A DNA stretch of 64,000 nucleotides, from assembly GCA_965223295.1 (NCBI GenBank), contig CBDCWC010000003.1, positions 160,001 to 224,000 on the forward strand. The letters are read 5' to 3'. The notes under the pieces were generated by a model. It was not told where the DNA came from. It did no database searches and saw nothing but the letters and a program-made list of their open reading frames with translations. Source of the DNA: Nitrospirales bacterium. Its GTDB lineage: Bacteria > Nitrospirota > Nitrospiria > Nitrospirales > UBA8639. The first letter of the stretch is position 1, and the number at the start of each line of letters is the position of its first letter. Below, piece by piece: positions 9,514-19,653 of the stretch. The position numbers were made by a program, and so were the translations under genes.

Positions 9514-10774
9514 AACGGTTCCGGCTGAACGAACACCACAAAAAGTCTTGGCCATGATTATGGCCGGAGGCAAAGGTGAACGCCTCATGCCCTTAACCGA
9601 ACAGCGCAGCAAGCCCTCGGTGCCCTTTGCCGGCAACTATCGCATTGCTGATTTTGTGTTAAGTAATTTCATTAATTCGGGCATTCAGGCCATGTATGTA
9701 CTCGTACAATATCGCTCGCAGTCCCTCATCGAACATCTCCGGAGAGCCTGGCGTTTTAGCGGACCGAATCGACAAGCCTTTATCACTGTCGTGCCTCCAC
9801 AAATGAAGGGCCGAGGGAAATGGTATGAAGGAACCGCCGACGCCGTCTATCAGAATATCAATCTTATTCACGATTTTGCACCAGGCCTTGTTGCCGTGTT
9901 CGGCGCTGATCATATTTACCGCATGGATCTCCGACAAATGATCCAGTTTCATCTGGACAAACAAGCTGAAGTGACCGTGGCCGCACTCCCCGTTCCAATT
10001 CAGGCCGCGAAAGGTTTTGGCATTATTGAAGCCAACTCCGATCATCAAATTGTCGGCTTCGAAGAAAAACCGCCTGAACCCAAACCCATGCCCAGCAATC
10101 CAGAAATGTCGTATAGCTCAATGGGGAATTATATTTTTAATGCCGAGACCTTAGTCCAAATTTTAGAAAAGGATGCCAGCCAAGCTGGAACGCATGATTT
10201 TGGGCGTGACATTATTCCTTCGCTTATCAAATCACATCGAGTGTTAGCCTACGACTTTCTGGAAAATGCGGTCCCTGGCATCCATCCCTATGAAGAATGG
10301 GGCTATTGGCGGGACGTCGGCACGATGGAGGCCTATTGGCAGGCAAATATGGACGTTTTAGGGGAAGCGCCAATTTTCGATTTACGCAATGTGAATTGGC
10401 CCATTACCACGGATGCGTTAACCGATCCGGTAGCCAGCATGGTGCGCTCACGCATGGATGATGCCATGGTCGGCCAGGGCAGCCTTGTCATCGATAGTAC
10501 CATCACCCGATCAATCATTGGGCGGAATGTGCGCATTGGTGAAGGCTGTTCAATTAACGAATCAATCATTCTTGATGGAACCGTCATCGGGCGAAAGAGT
10601 CAACTGCATCGTTGTATCATTGATCGGTATAACGTCATTGAATCGGGAACAATCTTGGGTCGTCCCAAAGAGCGTGAAGGCAAGCGAATGACTGGGAAAC
10701 TTGGGCTCACCACTCTCTCTCGTGGACAATCCTATGGAGGTCGTGCAATTTCATCCTCGCCTGCTTCCACGTGA
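9485..10774 (+). CDS. glgC: Glucose-1-phosphate adenylyltransferase
   Basis: MAGGKGERLMPLT..RSKPSVPF, WYEGTADAVYQN, DHIYRMD, FEEKP, SMGNYIF, YWRDVGT. Confidence 0.97.
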   Translation: MKKAQPKRRKTVPAERTPQKVLAMIMAGGKGERLMPLTEQRSKPSVPFAGNYRIADFVLSNFINSGIQAMYVLVQYRSQSLIEHLRRAWRFSGPNRQAFITVVPPQMKGRGKWYEGTADAVYQNINLIHDFAPGLVAVFGADHIYRMDLRQMIQFHLDKQAEVTVAALPVPIQAAKGFGIIEANSDHQIVGFEEKPPEPKPMPSNPEMSYSSMGNYIFNAETLVQILEKDASQAGTHDFGRDIIPSLIKSHRVLAYDFLENAVPGIHPYEEWGYWRDVGTMEAYWQANMDVLGEAPIFDLRNVNWPITTDALTDPVASMVRSRMDDAMVGQGSLVIDSTITRSIIGRNVRIGEGCSINESIILDGTVIGRKSQLHRCIIDRYNVIESGTILGRPKEREGKRMTGKLGLTTLSRGQSYGGRAISSSPAST

Positions 10775-10784
10775 TCAACCGATC

Positions 10785-13691
10785 ATGTCAACCCATTCCG
10801 TGCGCATTCCACTCTCAACGTATCGTTTACAATTTAACCGTTCATTTACGTTTTTAGACGCAGCACGTCTTATTCCCTACCTTCATCAACTAGGCATCAC
10901 AGACTGCTATGCTTCTCCGTATTTGAAAGCGGTACCGGGAAGCTCTCATGGCTACGATGTCATAGACCCCACCGTCCTCAATCCTGAAGTCGGCACCGAA
11001 GCTGACTATGCTGTGTTGGTTGCCGCCCTTCAAAAACATGGCATGGGACAACTTTTGGATGTCGTTCCGAACCACATGGGCATTGCGGCGTCGGCCAATA
11101 TGTGGTGGCAGGATGTCTTAGAAAACGGCCCTTCCTCACATTATGCGACATTTTTTGACATTGATTGGACTCCAGTCCAACCTGAACTCAGGAATACCGT
11201 TCTCTTGCCGATTTTAGGCGATCAATACGGCATTGTCCTAGAAAATCAGGAAATTGTTCTCTGCTATGAAGATGGTCAACTTTTTCTCCAATACTATGAA
11301 CATCACCTTCCCTTAGATCCTTCCACATGGCCTCTCGTGCTAAACTTCCGCCAAGACAATCTCCTTGCCACCTTTGATGCCTCATCGCCACCTCTTCAAG
11401 AATTTCAAAGTATTGTCACCGCGCTCTCCCATTTACCTCAACGCACGGAAACGGATCCCAACAGAATTGCTGAACGTTACCGTGAAAAAGATGTCATTCG
11501 CCGTCGACTCGCCACCGTGATCACAGAAAGTACAACGCTGCATCATTTTCTTCAGGACAATCTCCAGCAACTCAACGGCCGCAAACATGCTCCCCGCAGC
11601 TTTGACCGCTTGGATGAATTGGTCTCTAGCCAAGCCTACCGATTGGCCTATTGGCGTGTAGCGGGAGAAGAAATTAATTACCGCCGGTTTTTTGACATTA
11701 ATCAATTAGCTGCGATTCGCATGGAGCAGCCAGCAGTCTTTCTCAAGGCGCAGCAAAAGATCTTTGACCTTGTCAGTTCAGGCGCTGTAACGGGTTTACG
11801 AATTGACCATGTGGATGGACTCTATGATCCACAAGACTATCTGACTCAATGGCAAAACTGGGCTACTCGACAGTTTCAATCCACACCTGACTCTAAAGGG
11901 CGAAGCATTTACTTGTTAGTTGAAAAAATTTTAGGAGCAGAGGAACATTTAAATCCCAATTGGCCTATTTACGGGACCACCGGTTATACCTTTCTCTCTC
12001 TGCTTAACCAACTGTTCGTTCAAACTTCCCATCAGCGCCAAATGGAACAAATCTATACTCGCTTTACCCAACCTCTCTTTCACTACGATGATCTTGTCTA
12101 TCACTGCAAAAAACTGATTATGACCAGTTCCATGGCTGGAGAAATCAATGCTCTGGCACATGAACTCAACGGGCTTTCTGAGCAGAATCGCCGTTCCCGG
12201 GACTTCACACTCAATAGCTTAATCTATGCCATTCGAGAAATCATCGCCTGCTTTCCGGTCTATCGCACCTATATTCGGCCAGATGCTAAGGAAGCGATTT
12301 CCGACCAAGATCGTGCCTATATTGGTCGAGCAGTGGCTCGCGCCAAACGCCGAAACCCTGCGTTGAGCAAGTTGATCTTTGACTTTGTTCGTGACTTGCT
12401 CATGAACGTTCCACAAGAATCTTCTCATTTAGCATGGGATACCATTCGTCCCTTTATCATGAAATTCCAACAAACCACGAGTCCCGTTACAGCCAAAGGC
12501 GTAGAAGATACGGCGTTTTACCAGTACAACCGCTTGACCTCCCTTAATGAAGTCGGTGGAGAGCCTCAACACTTTGGCGTCTCTCTTTCAACCTTTCATC
12601 AGCAGATGCAGCACCGGGCTGAACATTGGCCTTGCAGCTTATCGTCCACTTCAACACATGACACCAAACGCAGTGAAGACGTTCGCGCTCGGATCAATGT
12701 GCTCTCTGAAATTCCTACAGAATGGCGGAACCACCTGCGTACATGGACCCGCCTGAATAAAAAGGCCAGACAACGGTTTGATGAACAACCAGTCCCCAGC
12801 CGCAATGAAGAATATCTTATCTATCAAACATTGCTCGGTGCCTGGCCCATGGATCCATTATCGGATGAAACTCATGCGCTCTTCTTAGCACGGATCCAAG
12901 CCTACATGGTCAAAGCTCTCCGTGAAGCCAAAGTCACCAGCAGTTGGCTGAATCCTGATGAAGCGTATGAGGAGGCCGTCTTAAAATTCCTTGAGCGAAT
13001 TCTCTCGCCCACGCCGGCCAATGCATTTTTGGAAGATTTTCTGCCATTTCAACAACGTATCTCAGGCTATGGCATTTTGAATTCACTGGCCCAAGTATTC
13101 ATCAAGACCGTAGCGCCTGGCGTTCCTGACTTGTACCAAGGCACCGAACTCTGGACGCTCACCTTAGTCGACCCGGATAACCGAAATCCGGTGGACTATG
13201 CAAGCCACGAAAAACGTCTGGCAGAATTACAAGACCTCCAACAGAAACTACCACCCATCGATCTCATTCAGTTCCTCGTTCAACATGCCGATAATGGCCT
13301 AATTAAAATGTACCTCACCACAACTATCCTCCATTATCGCCAACAACATCCCTCCCTCTTCTTAAAGGGTTCGTATCAGCCATTAGACGCTCATGGAGAA
13401 AGGGAACAACATATATGTGGGTTTCTTCGACGGGAGGGCGCCAACGCCTGTCTAGTTATTGTGCCAAGATTTTTCACACAGTTAACTCCCAATCCCTCAA
13501 ATTTTCCAGTTGGGAAATCGGTTTGGGGCCAAACTGGGATTTCCCTCCCTTCAGATTTCGCGATACGATCATTTAGAAATCTCTTTACCCAAGAAATAGT
13601 GACTCCACAAAAAGATTCAGACGTGGTAGAATTAGATATGGCCACGTTGTTTTCACATTTCCCTTTCGCCCTATTGGAGCCTCTTGCATGA
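10785..13691 (+). CDS. treY: Malto-oligosyltrehalose synthase
   Basis: STYRLQF, SSHGYDV, DVVPNHM, INYRRFFDI, GLRIDHVDGL, STHDTKRSED; start taken at ATG 10785. Confidence 0.96.
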   Translation: MSTHSVRIPLSTYRLQFNRSFTFLDAARLIPYLHQLGITDCYASPYLKAVPGSSHGYDVIDPTVLNPEVGTEADYAVLVAALQKHGMGQLLDVVPNHMGIAASANMWWQDVLENGPSSHYATFFDIDWTPVQPELRNTVLLPILGDQYGIVLENQEIVLCYEDGQLFLQYYEHHLPLDPSTWPLVLNFRQDNLLATFDASSPPLQEFQSIVTALSHLPQRTETDPNRIAERYREKDVIRRRLATVITESTTLHHFLQDNLQQLNGRKHAPRSFDRLDELVSSQAYRLAYWRVAGEEINYRRFFDINQLAAIRMEQPAVFLKAQQKIFDLVSSGAVTGLRIDHVDGLYDPQDYLTQWQNWATRQFQSTPDSKGRSIYLLVEKILGAEEHLNPNWPIYGTTGYTFLSLLNQLFVQTSHQRQMEQIYTRFTQPLFHYDDLVYHCKKLIMTSSMAGEINALAHELNGLSEQNRRSRDFTLNSLIYAIREIIACFPVYRTYIRPDAKEAISDQDRAYIGRAVARAKRRNPALSKLIFDFVRDLLMNVPQESSHLAWDTIRPFIMKFQQTTSPVTAKGVEDTAFYQYNRLTSLNEVGGEPQHFGVSLSTFHQQMQHRAEHWPCSLSSTSTHDTKRSEDVRARINVLSEIPTEWRNHLRTWTRLNKKARQRFDEQPVPSRNEEYLIYQTLLGAWPMDPLSDETHALFLARIQAYMVKALREAKVTSSWLNPDEAYEEAVLKFLERILSPTPANAFLEDFLPFQQRISGYGILNSLAQVFIKTVAPGVPDLYQGTELWTLTLVDPDNRNPVDYASHEKRLAELQDLQQKLPPIDLIQFLVQHADNGLIKMYLTTTILHYRQQHPSLFLKGSYQPLDAHGEREQHICGFLRREGANACLVIVPRFFTQLTPNPSNFPVGKSVWGQTGISLPSDFAIRSFRNLFTQEIVTPQKDSDVVELDMATLFSHFPFALLEPLA

Positions 13692-13948
13692 CTGTTACCA
13701 ATCTCAACACGGTTCGCGCAGCAGATGATGAATCTATGGCTGATCACTCCATGCCATCAGGAGAATTAGGCTGGGAGGGCCATGTCCATGTTTCCGACGA
13801 AGTTCCCTTGTGGCAACGAGTCCTGGACACATTCCCTGAACTTCGAACCGGGCTTTCCTACAGTTTAATTTTTGCCTCTGGCGTCTGCTTAGGGGGGGCA
13901 ATTATGGCCGCAATGGCAACATCTAAAAACAATCAACGCAATTCATAA
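13688..13948 (+). CDS. Small hypothetical protein with C-terminal TM helix
   Basis: ATGA overlap with the treY stop; hydrophobic C-terminus. Confidence 0.6.
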   Translation: MTVTNLNTVRAADDESMADHSMPSGELGWEGHVHVSDEVPLWQRVLDTFPELRTGLSYSLIFASGVCLGGAIMAAMATSKNNQRNS

Positions 13949-13970
13949 CGTTCTAACATTCAGAAGGAGC

Positions 13971-14294
13971 ATGACGATGAACGATTATAATAATCAGAGC
14001 GATTCAAGCTGGGTCAACAGTTTTGTCTTCATTGCTGGATTTTTGTTAGGCGCAGGAGCCGCTATCATGTTGACACCTGAATCAGGCACACAACTTCGTC
14101 ACCGTGTCGCCCGTGGTGCCAGAACCGCACAAGATGAATTTTCGGATATGGCTTCACAAACAAAAGAAGCTATGCATAATTGGTCCGAGGAAGCCAAAGA
14201 AACCATGAAGCAAGCCGCTAACCGTGTCAATTCGGCCGTCGATGCCACAAAACAGGCCGTAAAAACCGCAAAGCAAGAAACCTTTGATGACTAA
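13971..14294 (+). CDS. YtxH-domain protein
   Basis: FIAGFLLGAGAAIMLTPESGTQLR; GAAGGAG RBS. Confidence 0.85.
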   Translation: MTMNDYNNQSDSSWVNSFVFIAGFLLGAGAAIMLTPESGTQLRHRVARGARTAQDEFSDMASQTKEAMHNWSEEAKETMKQAANRVNSAVDATKQAVKTAKQETFDD

Positions 14295-14516
14295 AGATTG
14301 AGCGATTTTCCACAACCACAACAAATCCAATGGCTTTTGGGGCCGTGGGACATACCTCTATTCTCAGCTCTAGGCTGCTCTCCTCTTAATCTATCGCCAG
14401 GTTGTAAAAACTCATTTGGAAGATAGACCCACAATCCCTCTGTGGGACAGCATTACCTTCTGATCACAAGTCGTCATTATCTTGTTCCTTTATAAAAATC
14501 ATGCGACACTAAAGAG

Positions 14517-15473
14517 ATGCCGGCACCCAACGCAGGAACTTCCCCCCTCACCTCTCGCCTCAAACTTGGGCTTGTCTTAAATGGCATCATCATCTTGGCA
14601 GAATTTATTGGCGGCTATTGGACGAATAGCCTGGGACTTATCAGTGACGCCAGCCATAATCTTATCGATCAAGGGGCGCTCTTATTAGCTTTCTACGCCC
14701 ATCTTTTATCTAATCGTCCTGCCACAGAAAACCGCACATTTGGTTACCACCGTGCAGGCACCATTGCCGCATTCCTGAATAGCCTCACCCTTCTCATTAC
14801 TGGGTTAATCATTGCAGGATTTGCGCTTTACCGCATCTTCACTCCCCTCGAGCATATTCCTGGTCTATGGGTCATGAGCATTGCCGGAATCAGCATGATC
14901 GCAAATTTTGGCGTGGCATGGTTACTGCGGCAAGGCGCAAAAAACGATCTAAATATTCGTGGTGCCTTCCTTCACATGATGATGGATGCCTGGATGTCGA
15001 TCGGCGTGATTCTTTGTGGACTAGGAATCGCCCTCACGCAACTCACGATTCTGGATCCCCTCATCAGCTTAGTGCTGGTAATCGTCATTATCAAAGGAAG
15101 TTTGCCACTTTTTCGAGAATCGCTGGATATTTTGTTGGAATCCACCCCACCTCATCTGAATACTTCAACAATTGTCACCAGTCTTGAAGCAATTCCTGGC
15201 GTCAAAAAAGTGCATGATCTCCATATCTGGTCCGTCGAACCAAGAATCATCATGCTCACCTGCCATGTTTTGGCAGATACAGAAACGGTCCAAGACAAAG
15301 ATCAACTCCTGCAACCCATCCAAACTCTTCTGTCCACGCAATTCGGCATTCACCATCTGACCATCCAACTAGAAACTGAATGTCCCGAAACCCATGACCT
15401 CCACTGCAACCTCAACCACCTCACTCAAGACCCTGCAGAAGAACCCGCCTTTCCCCATGCCCACCATCACTAA
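14517..15473 (+). CDS. Cation diffusion facilitator (CzcD/ZitB-like)
   Basis: SLGLISDASHNLID, TFGYHR, LNIRGAFLHMMMD, VHDLHIW, His-rich tail. Confidence 0.92.
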   Translation: MPAPNAGTSPLTSRLKLGLVLNGIIILAEFIGGYWTNSLGLISDASHNLIDQGALLLAFYAHLLSNRPATENRTFGYHRAGTIAAFLNSLTLLITGLIIAGFALYRIFTPLEHIPGLWVMSIAGISMIANFGVAWLLRQGAKNDLNIRGAFLHMMMDAWMSIGVILCGLGIALTQLTILDPLISLVLVIVIIKGSLPLFRESLDILLESTPPHLNTSTIVTSLEAIPGVKKVHDLHIWSVEPRIIMLTCHVLADTETVQDKDQLLQPIQTLLSTQFGIHHLTIQLETECPETHDLHCNLNHLTQDPAEEPAFPHAHHH

Positions 15474-15560
15474 AATAGTTATTTGAGAAATTTCATAAAC
15501 TTAGAACGAACCTTTACGAGTGTAAGCCCATAGGAGTTAATTGGGTCGTATTCCTCTTCA

Positions 15561-15749
15561 GGGACTGTTGAATAATGACGATATCAAAGGCCATATTTCG
15601 CCAGGAAGCCCTTAGTGATCAGCAGCGTCTGGTCGTAAAAAAGTCCGTCCAGCAAGGCCGCAGCCATTTTTGCGCGCGGAGCGTACTAGTCCTACGTGAG
15701 CATGGAAAAAGGGCAAGAACGCCGCTGGCGGTTTTTTTCAACACACCCC
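15561..15749 (-). mobile_element. MITE-like element, copy 2
   Basis: gggactgttgaataat ... gtttttttcaacacacccc with the shared core reversed. Confidence 0.8.
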
Positions 15750-15848
15750 TTCAAGAACCTTGGCTACCAAAGCTTGAACTTCAAGAGAAATTAATGATTC
15801 AATTCATTTCTGTCTTGTTTTGTCTTGTCCATCGAAGGAAACCCTTAC

Positions 15849-16820
15849 ATGCAATATGTACATCTCGGGCGATCCGGACTCAAGGTCAGCCGTCTCTGTT
15901 TGGGCACGATGAACTTCGGGCCGTTGACGTCAGAAGCTGAGAGCTTTGCCATCATGGACAGAGCGTTGGAGCTGGGAATCAATTTTTATGATACGGCAGA
16001 TGTTTATGGCTGGGAATTGGGAGAAGGCATTACTGAACACATTCTTGGACGGTGGTTTGCTCAAGGCGGAAGCCGGCGTGAAAAAGTGGTGTTGGCGACC
16101 AAAGTGTTTGGGCGCATGGGCGAATGGCCAAATCAATCTCGGCTCTCCGCGTTGCATATCAAACGGGCCTGCGAAGACAGTCTACGCCGATTGCAGACAG
16201 ATTATATTGATCTCTATCAAATGCATCATGTTGATCGGGATTCTCCATGGGAAGAAATCTGGCAAGCCATGGAACAGCTCGTGCGTGAAGGTAAGGTCTT
16301 GTATGTGGGGAGCAGTAATTTTGCAGGCTGGCATCTGGCTCAAGCCCAAGAATTGGCACAACAACGCCATTTTTTAGGATTGGTGTCCGAACAAAGCCTG
16401 TATAACCTGAATGACCGCATGATTGAGTTGGAAGTCATTCCAGCTTGCGAAGCCTATGGCATCGGTCTCATTCCCTGGAGCCCTGTAGCACGAGGGCTTT
16501 TGGCAGGAGCTCTTGAACCCGCCACAAGCGGACGAAGAGCGGATGAAGACTTACAAAAAACTATCGAGGCATGTCGTCCACAATTAGAAACGTATGAACA
16601 ACTCTGTCGTGAATCAGGGGAACAGCCCGCACATATCGCCCTTGCATGGTTGCTTCATCAAAAAGCGGTCACGGCACCCATCATCGGACCACGAACGCTA
16701 GACCAATTGAATGGCACCATACGAGCGACGGAAATCTCGCTTTCTAAAGATCAGCTGAAGCGCCTGGATGAAACTTTTCCGGGCCCCGGTGGCCCCGCCC
16801 CCGAAGCCTACGCCTGGTAA
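15849..16820 (+). CDS. Aldo/keto reductase
   Basis: MQYVHLGRSGLKVSRLCLGTMNFG, DTADVY, LATK, IDLYQMH, IPWSP, PIIGPRT. Confidence 0.93.
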   Translation: MQYVHLGRSGLKVSRLCLGTMNFGPLTSEAESFAIMDRALELGINFYDTADVYGWELGEGITEHILGRWFAQGGSRREKVVLATKVFGRMGEWPNQSRLSALHIKRACEDSLRRLQTDYIDLYQMHHVDRDSPWEEIWQAMEQLVREGKVLYVGSSNFAGWHLAQAQELAQQRHFLGLVSEQSLYNLNDRMIELEVIPACEAYGIGLIPWSPVARGLLAGALEPATSGRRADEDLQKTIEACRPQLETYEQLCRESGEQPAHIALAWLLHQKAVTAPIIGPRTLDQLNGTIRATEISLSKDQLKRLDETFPGPGGPAPEAYAW

Positions 16821-17160
16821 ACTCTCTCCCAATACTCCTTCAATAAAATATCATTTTTCTTTCCCGACATTTTCTATCAGAAATCCATCTTGTTTTTTTG
16901 AAGTTCACTCAACCTTATAGTTTTCTGCAAACCTTTCTGCTTACCTCTTAACATTAGTTAAAAATTTTCTCATACTCGTGGCTGAGCAAGCGAGCGAAAC
17001 CGATAGAACAATCAGATACAGTAGTTGACATATTGTTGAAATAGTTTTCAAAACTTTGACGACGGTAGTCTGCTGAATTTTGCCTCACTGCAACGTAAAT
17101 TCCTTACAACTCAATGAGTTGCCCTCTTATGCATGTTATGTAAACCCCTCTCTTCATGTT

Positions 17161-17176
17161 TGGCATACTAGTTGCT
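17161..17176 (+). promoter_or_regulatory. Putative sigma54 (-24/-12) promoter
   Basis: TGGCATACTAGTTGCT fits TGGCA-N6-TTGC, ~70 nt upstream of the ORF at 17249. Confidence 0.7.
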
Positions 17177-17248
17177 GTCTCATAAACACAAGACATTCGG
17201 ACAAAGCTAAAAGGTCGCAACATCGGACCTTAAGCCAAGGAGGGCACG

Positions 17249-17656
17249 ATGAAACATTCACTTTTTACTCAAGCCATCGCAATCGGATTAGCTCTTGTGT
17301 TTATTAATGGAGAAATGGTGCAGGCCGAAACGCCTCCCCCTGAACCGGAAGAGGCATACTTAGTCAATGAAGACGTGAATATTATCACCGGTCTGTATAC
17401 ACGAGAATATTCGCTTCACCAAGACGGAAAAGTGGATTATAAGACCGCTCGGCAAATCATCATTTCAGAATACAACAAATACTGGAATTCAGTTGTCGAA
17501 ACGAAAGAATTCCCCTTGTTTTACTGGCATGATGCAAAACGAGATGGTAGCTGGAAGATGTATGTAGATCAACAAGTAGAAGGGTGCATCTGTGATATTA
17601 TTCCCTATCAAGTAAAGACTGAAGAACAAATTGCCCATGACGATCCTTTTGAATGA
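17249..17656 (+). CDS. Secreted hypothetical protein
   Basis: AGGAGGG RBS, signal peptide ending VQA, acidic mature part with CxC. Confidence 0.8.
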   Translation: MKHSLFTQAIAIGLALVFINGEMVQAETPPPEPEEAYLVNEDVNIITGLYTREYSLHQDGKVDYKTARQIIISEYNKYWNSVVETKEFPLFYWHDAKRDGSWKMYVDQQVEGCICDIIPYQVKTEEQIAHDDPFE

Positions 17657-17832
17657 TTGCCTCATATCATGATTTGCCATCTAAGAAAGATAAATGCAAC
17701 TCCCCGGAATTAATCTAAGGAGTTGCTTGACATATATCCACATCGCTACTCACTCTACTCACAAAAAAATAGGCCCGATGAGGAAACTCCGCAGCAATAA
17801 AAGGTTCCTGACACCTTTAATATGTATGTTAC

Positions 17833-19626
17833 TTAGCGGGTGAGCGCAACGACGGCGATGTCAGCATTCAAGTTGGGATCATCAACGATCTCTTCACCCG
17901 TACTGGAATTGAAGTAGATGGCTTCCAGGATGCGGATTTTGCGTTTTGAGCAAAGTTCTTGAAAATCAAGGATCGACGGAAACCGCCGATTCGGTGTATC
18001 GTGCCACTCGTAAGCATACAGCCCCTCTTCCTTGGGTAATCGTCCTTCCAGCATGAATGTTTTGCGCATGGGCGCATAGGCGAAGTTCGGAAAACTCACG
18101 ATTCCCCGTCTTCCGATACGCACAACTTCATCGAGAACACCTGCTACATCAACAATTGATTGTACGGTTTGGGACAAGAGCGCCACATCAAAACTCAGAT
18201 CTGGTATTGCCGTAAGCCCATGATCCAGGTCGGCATGGAGAACCGGAAGCCCAAGTTCGATACAACGCACAACGTGACCCTGGTCCCGTTCAACACCAAG
18301 AAGAGGGCCATATCCTTTGTCTCGTAGTATCGAAAGAAGCTCTCCGTTCCCGGACCCAAGATCCACAACACTCGCCTGCTTAGGCATCAAACGAAGGATC
18401 ATGTCATAGTCGAGGCGTTCCGCAAAAAAGATGCTTGTTGGTTCATCAACGCGGGTGCTGGCAGCAACAGTAGCGTTCGTCACCATGTCGTCGCCTGCAA
18501 GGAACGCACGGATCATGCGACCGCCATCTTTCATGGTATCCATTAGGAGAAAAGAATCGTGGCCAGCAGGGCTTTCTATTTCACAACTGCTCACCGACTT
18601 GGACTGCGCTACAAGGACATCCACGAGCTGTCGCGAAGCCGAGGCCGGATATAGCCAATCACTCGAGAAACTGATAAAAAGCCAGCGGCATGTCGAAGGG
18701 ACAAAGGACTTTGCTAGTTTTTGGTCGTTATCGCCCAGATCAAAGAGATCCATTGCTGTAGAAAGCGTCAGGTAGCTATTGGCATCAAAACGCTCCACAA
18801 AACGATCGCCTTGATGTGCCAGATAGGAACCTACCGAAAAGGTACTCTCAAAGGCGGAATCAACGGTTCGGGGCTGTAAACGAGTCGGGTCAAATTTGGC
18901 CCGCATTGACTCATCGGAAAGATACGTGATGTGCGCCAACATGCGGGCTAGAGCGAGCCCTCCTTCAGGAGCTGGCCCGTCATAGTATTGACCTCCAGCA
19001 AAATTCGGATCATGACGAATGGCATTGCGCCCGACAACATCAAAGGCAATTCCTTGCGAACTCAACCGAGCCGAAGCCGCGAGCACGATACTCGACCTCA
19101 CCACATCGGGGTGCTCAACGGCCCAAGTCAACACCTGCAGCCCTCCAAGCGAACCACCGATTACTGAGCGAAGCTGCGACACTCCCAGGTGGGCGATAAG
19201 GCGATACTGTACCGTCACCATGTCCCGCACTGTAATGACAGGAAACTCCGCGCCGTAGGGTCGGCCACTCTCTGGACTTACAAAGTTCGGCCCCGTTGTC
19301 CCCCGACAACCACCAAGCACGTTCGAACAAATCACGAAATACCGATCCGTATCAATCGGCTTACCCGGCCCAACTAAAATTTCCCACCAGCCAGGGTTAT
19401 CGCTCTCATCATGTCGAGCAACATGCGAATCCCCGCTCAAAGCATGGCAAATGAGGACAGCGTTACTCTGCTTTGCATCAAGAGTACCCCATGCCTCGTA
19501 ACACACCGTGACTTGCTCGAGCCGGTCGCCATTCTCGAGCTCCAGTGGCTTGGGCAAAACCCACGTCTTGGCATGTCTAAGAGGCGAACCGTATTGCTGA
19601 GGATCCGAACTTCGCGGAAGACTCAC
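17833..19626 (-). CDS. metX: Homoserine O-acyltransferase fused to a MetW-like methyltransferase-fold domain
   Basis: LICHALSGDSH, GGSLGG nucleophile, DWLYP, GHDSFL; C-terminal VVDLGSGNGELL, LSQTVQ, IVSFPNF, WHDTPN (MetW-like). Confidence 0.9.
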   Translation of the reverse strand: MSLPRSSDPQQYGSPLRHAKTWVLPKPLELENGDRLEQVTVCYEAWGTLDAKQSNAVLICHALSGDSHVARHDESDNPGWWEILVGPGKPIDTDRYFVICSNVLGGCRGTTGPNFVSPESGRPYGAEFPVITVRDMVTVQYRLIAHLGVSQLRSVIGGSLGGLQVLTWAVEHPDVVRSSIVLAASARLSSQGIAFDVVGRNAIRHDPNFAGGQYYDGPAPEGGLALARMLAHITYLSDESMRAKFDPTRLQPRTVDSAFESTFSVGSYLAHQGDRFVERFDANSYLTLSTAMDLFDLGDNDQKLAKSFVPSTCRWLFISFSSDWLYPASASRQLVDVLVAQSKSVSSCEIESPAGHDSFLLMDTMKDGGRMIRAFLAGDDMVTNATVAASTRVDEPTSIFFAERLDYDMILRLMPKQASVVDLGSGNGELLSILRDKGYGPLLGVERDQGHVVRCIELGLPVLHADLDHGLTAIPDLSFDVALLSQTVQSIVDVAGVLDEVVRIGRRGIVSFPNFAYAPMRKTFMLEGRLPKEEGLYAYEWHDTPNRRFPSILDFQELCSKRKIRILEAIYFNSSTGEEIVDDPNLNADIAVVALTR

Positions 19627-19653
19627 ACTATTGCCTTTGAGATCTAGCGTCGC

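Noticed and set aside
15575-15940. ORFs containing SVQQGR..ARSVL.LREHGK (also 29868, 29912, 56244, 61708 and the tail of 3004)
   Set aside because: Translations of the MITE-like repeat, not a protein family
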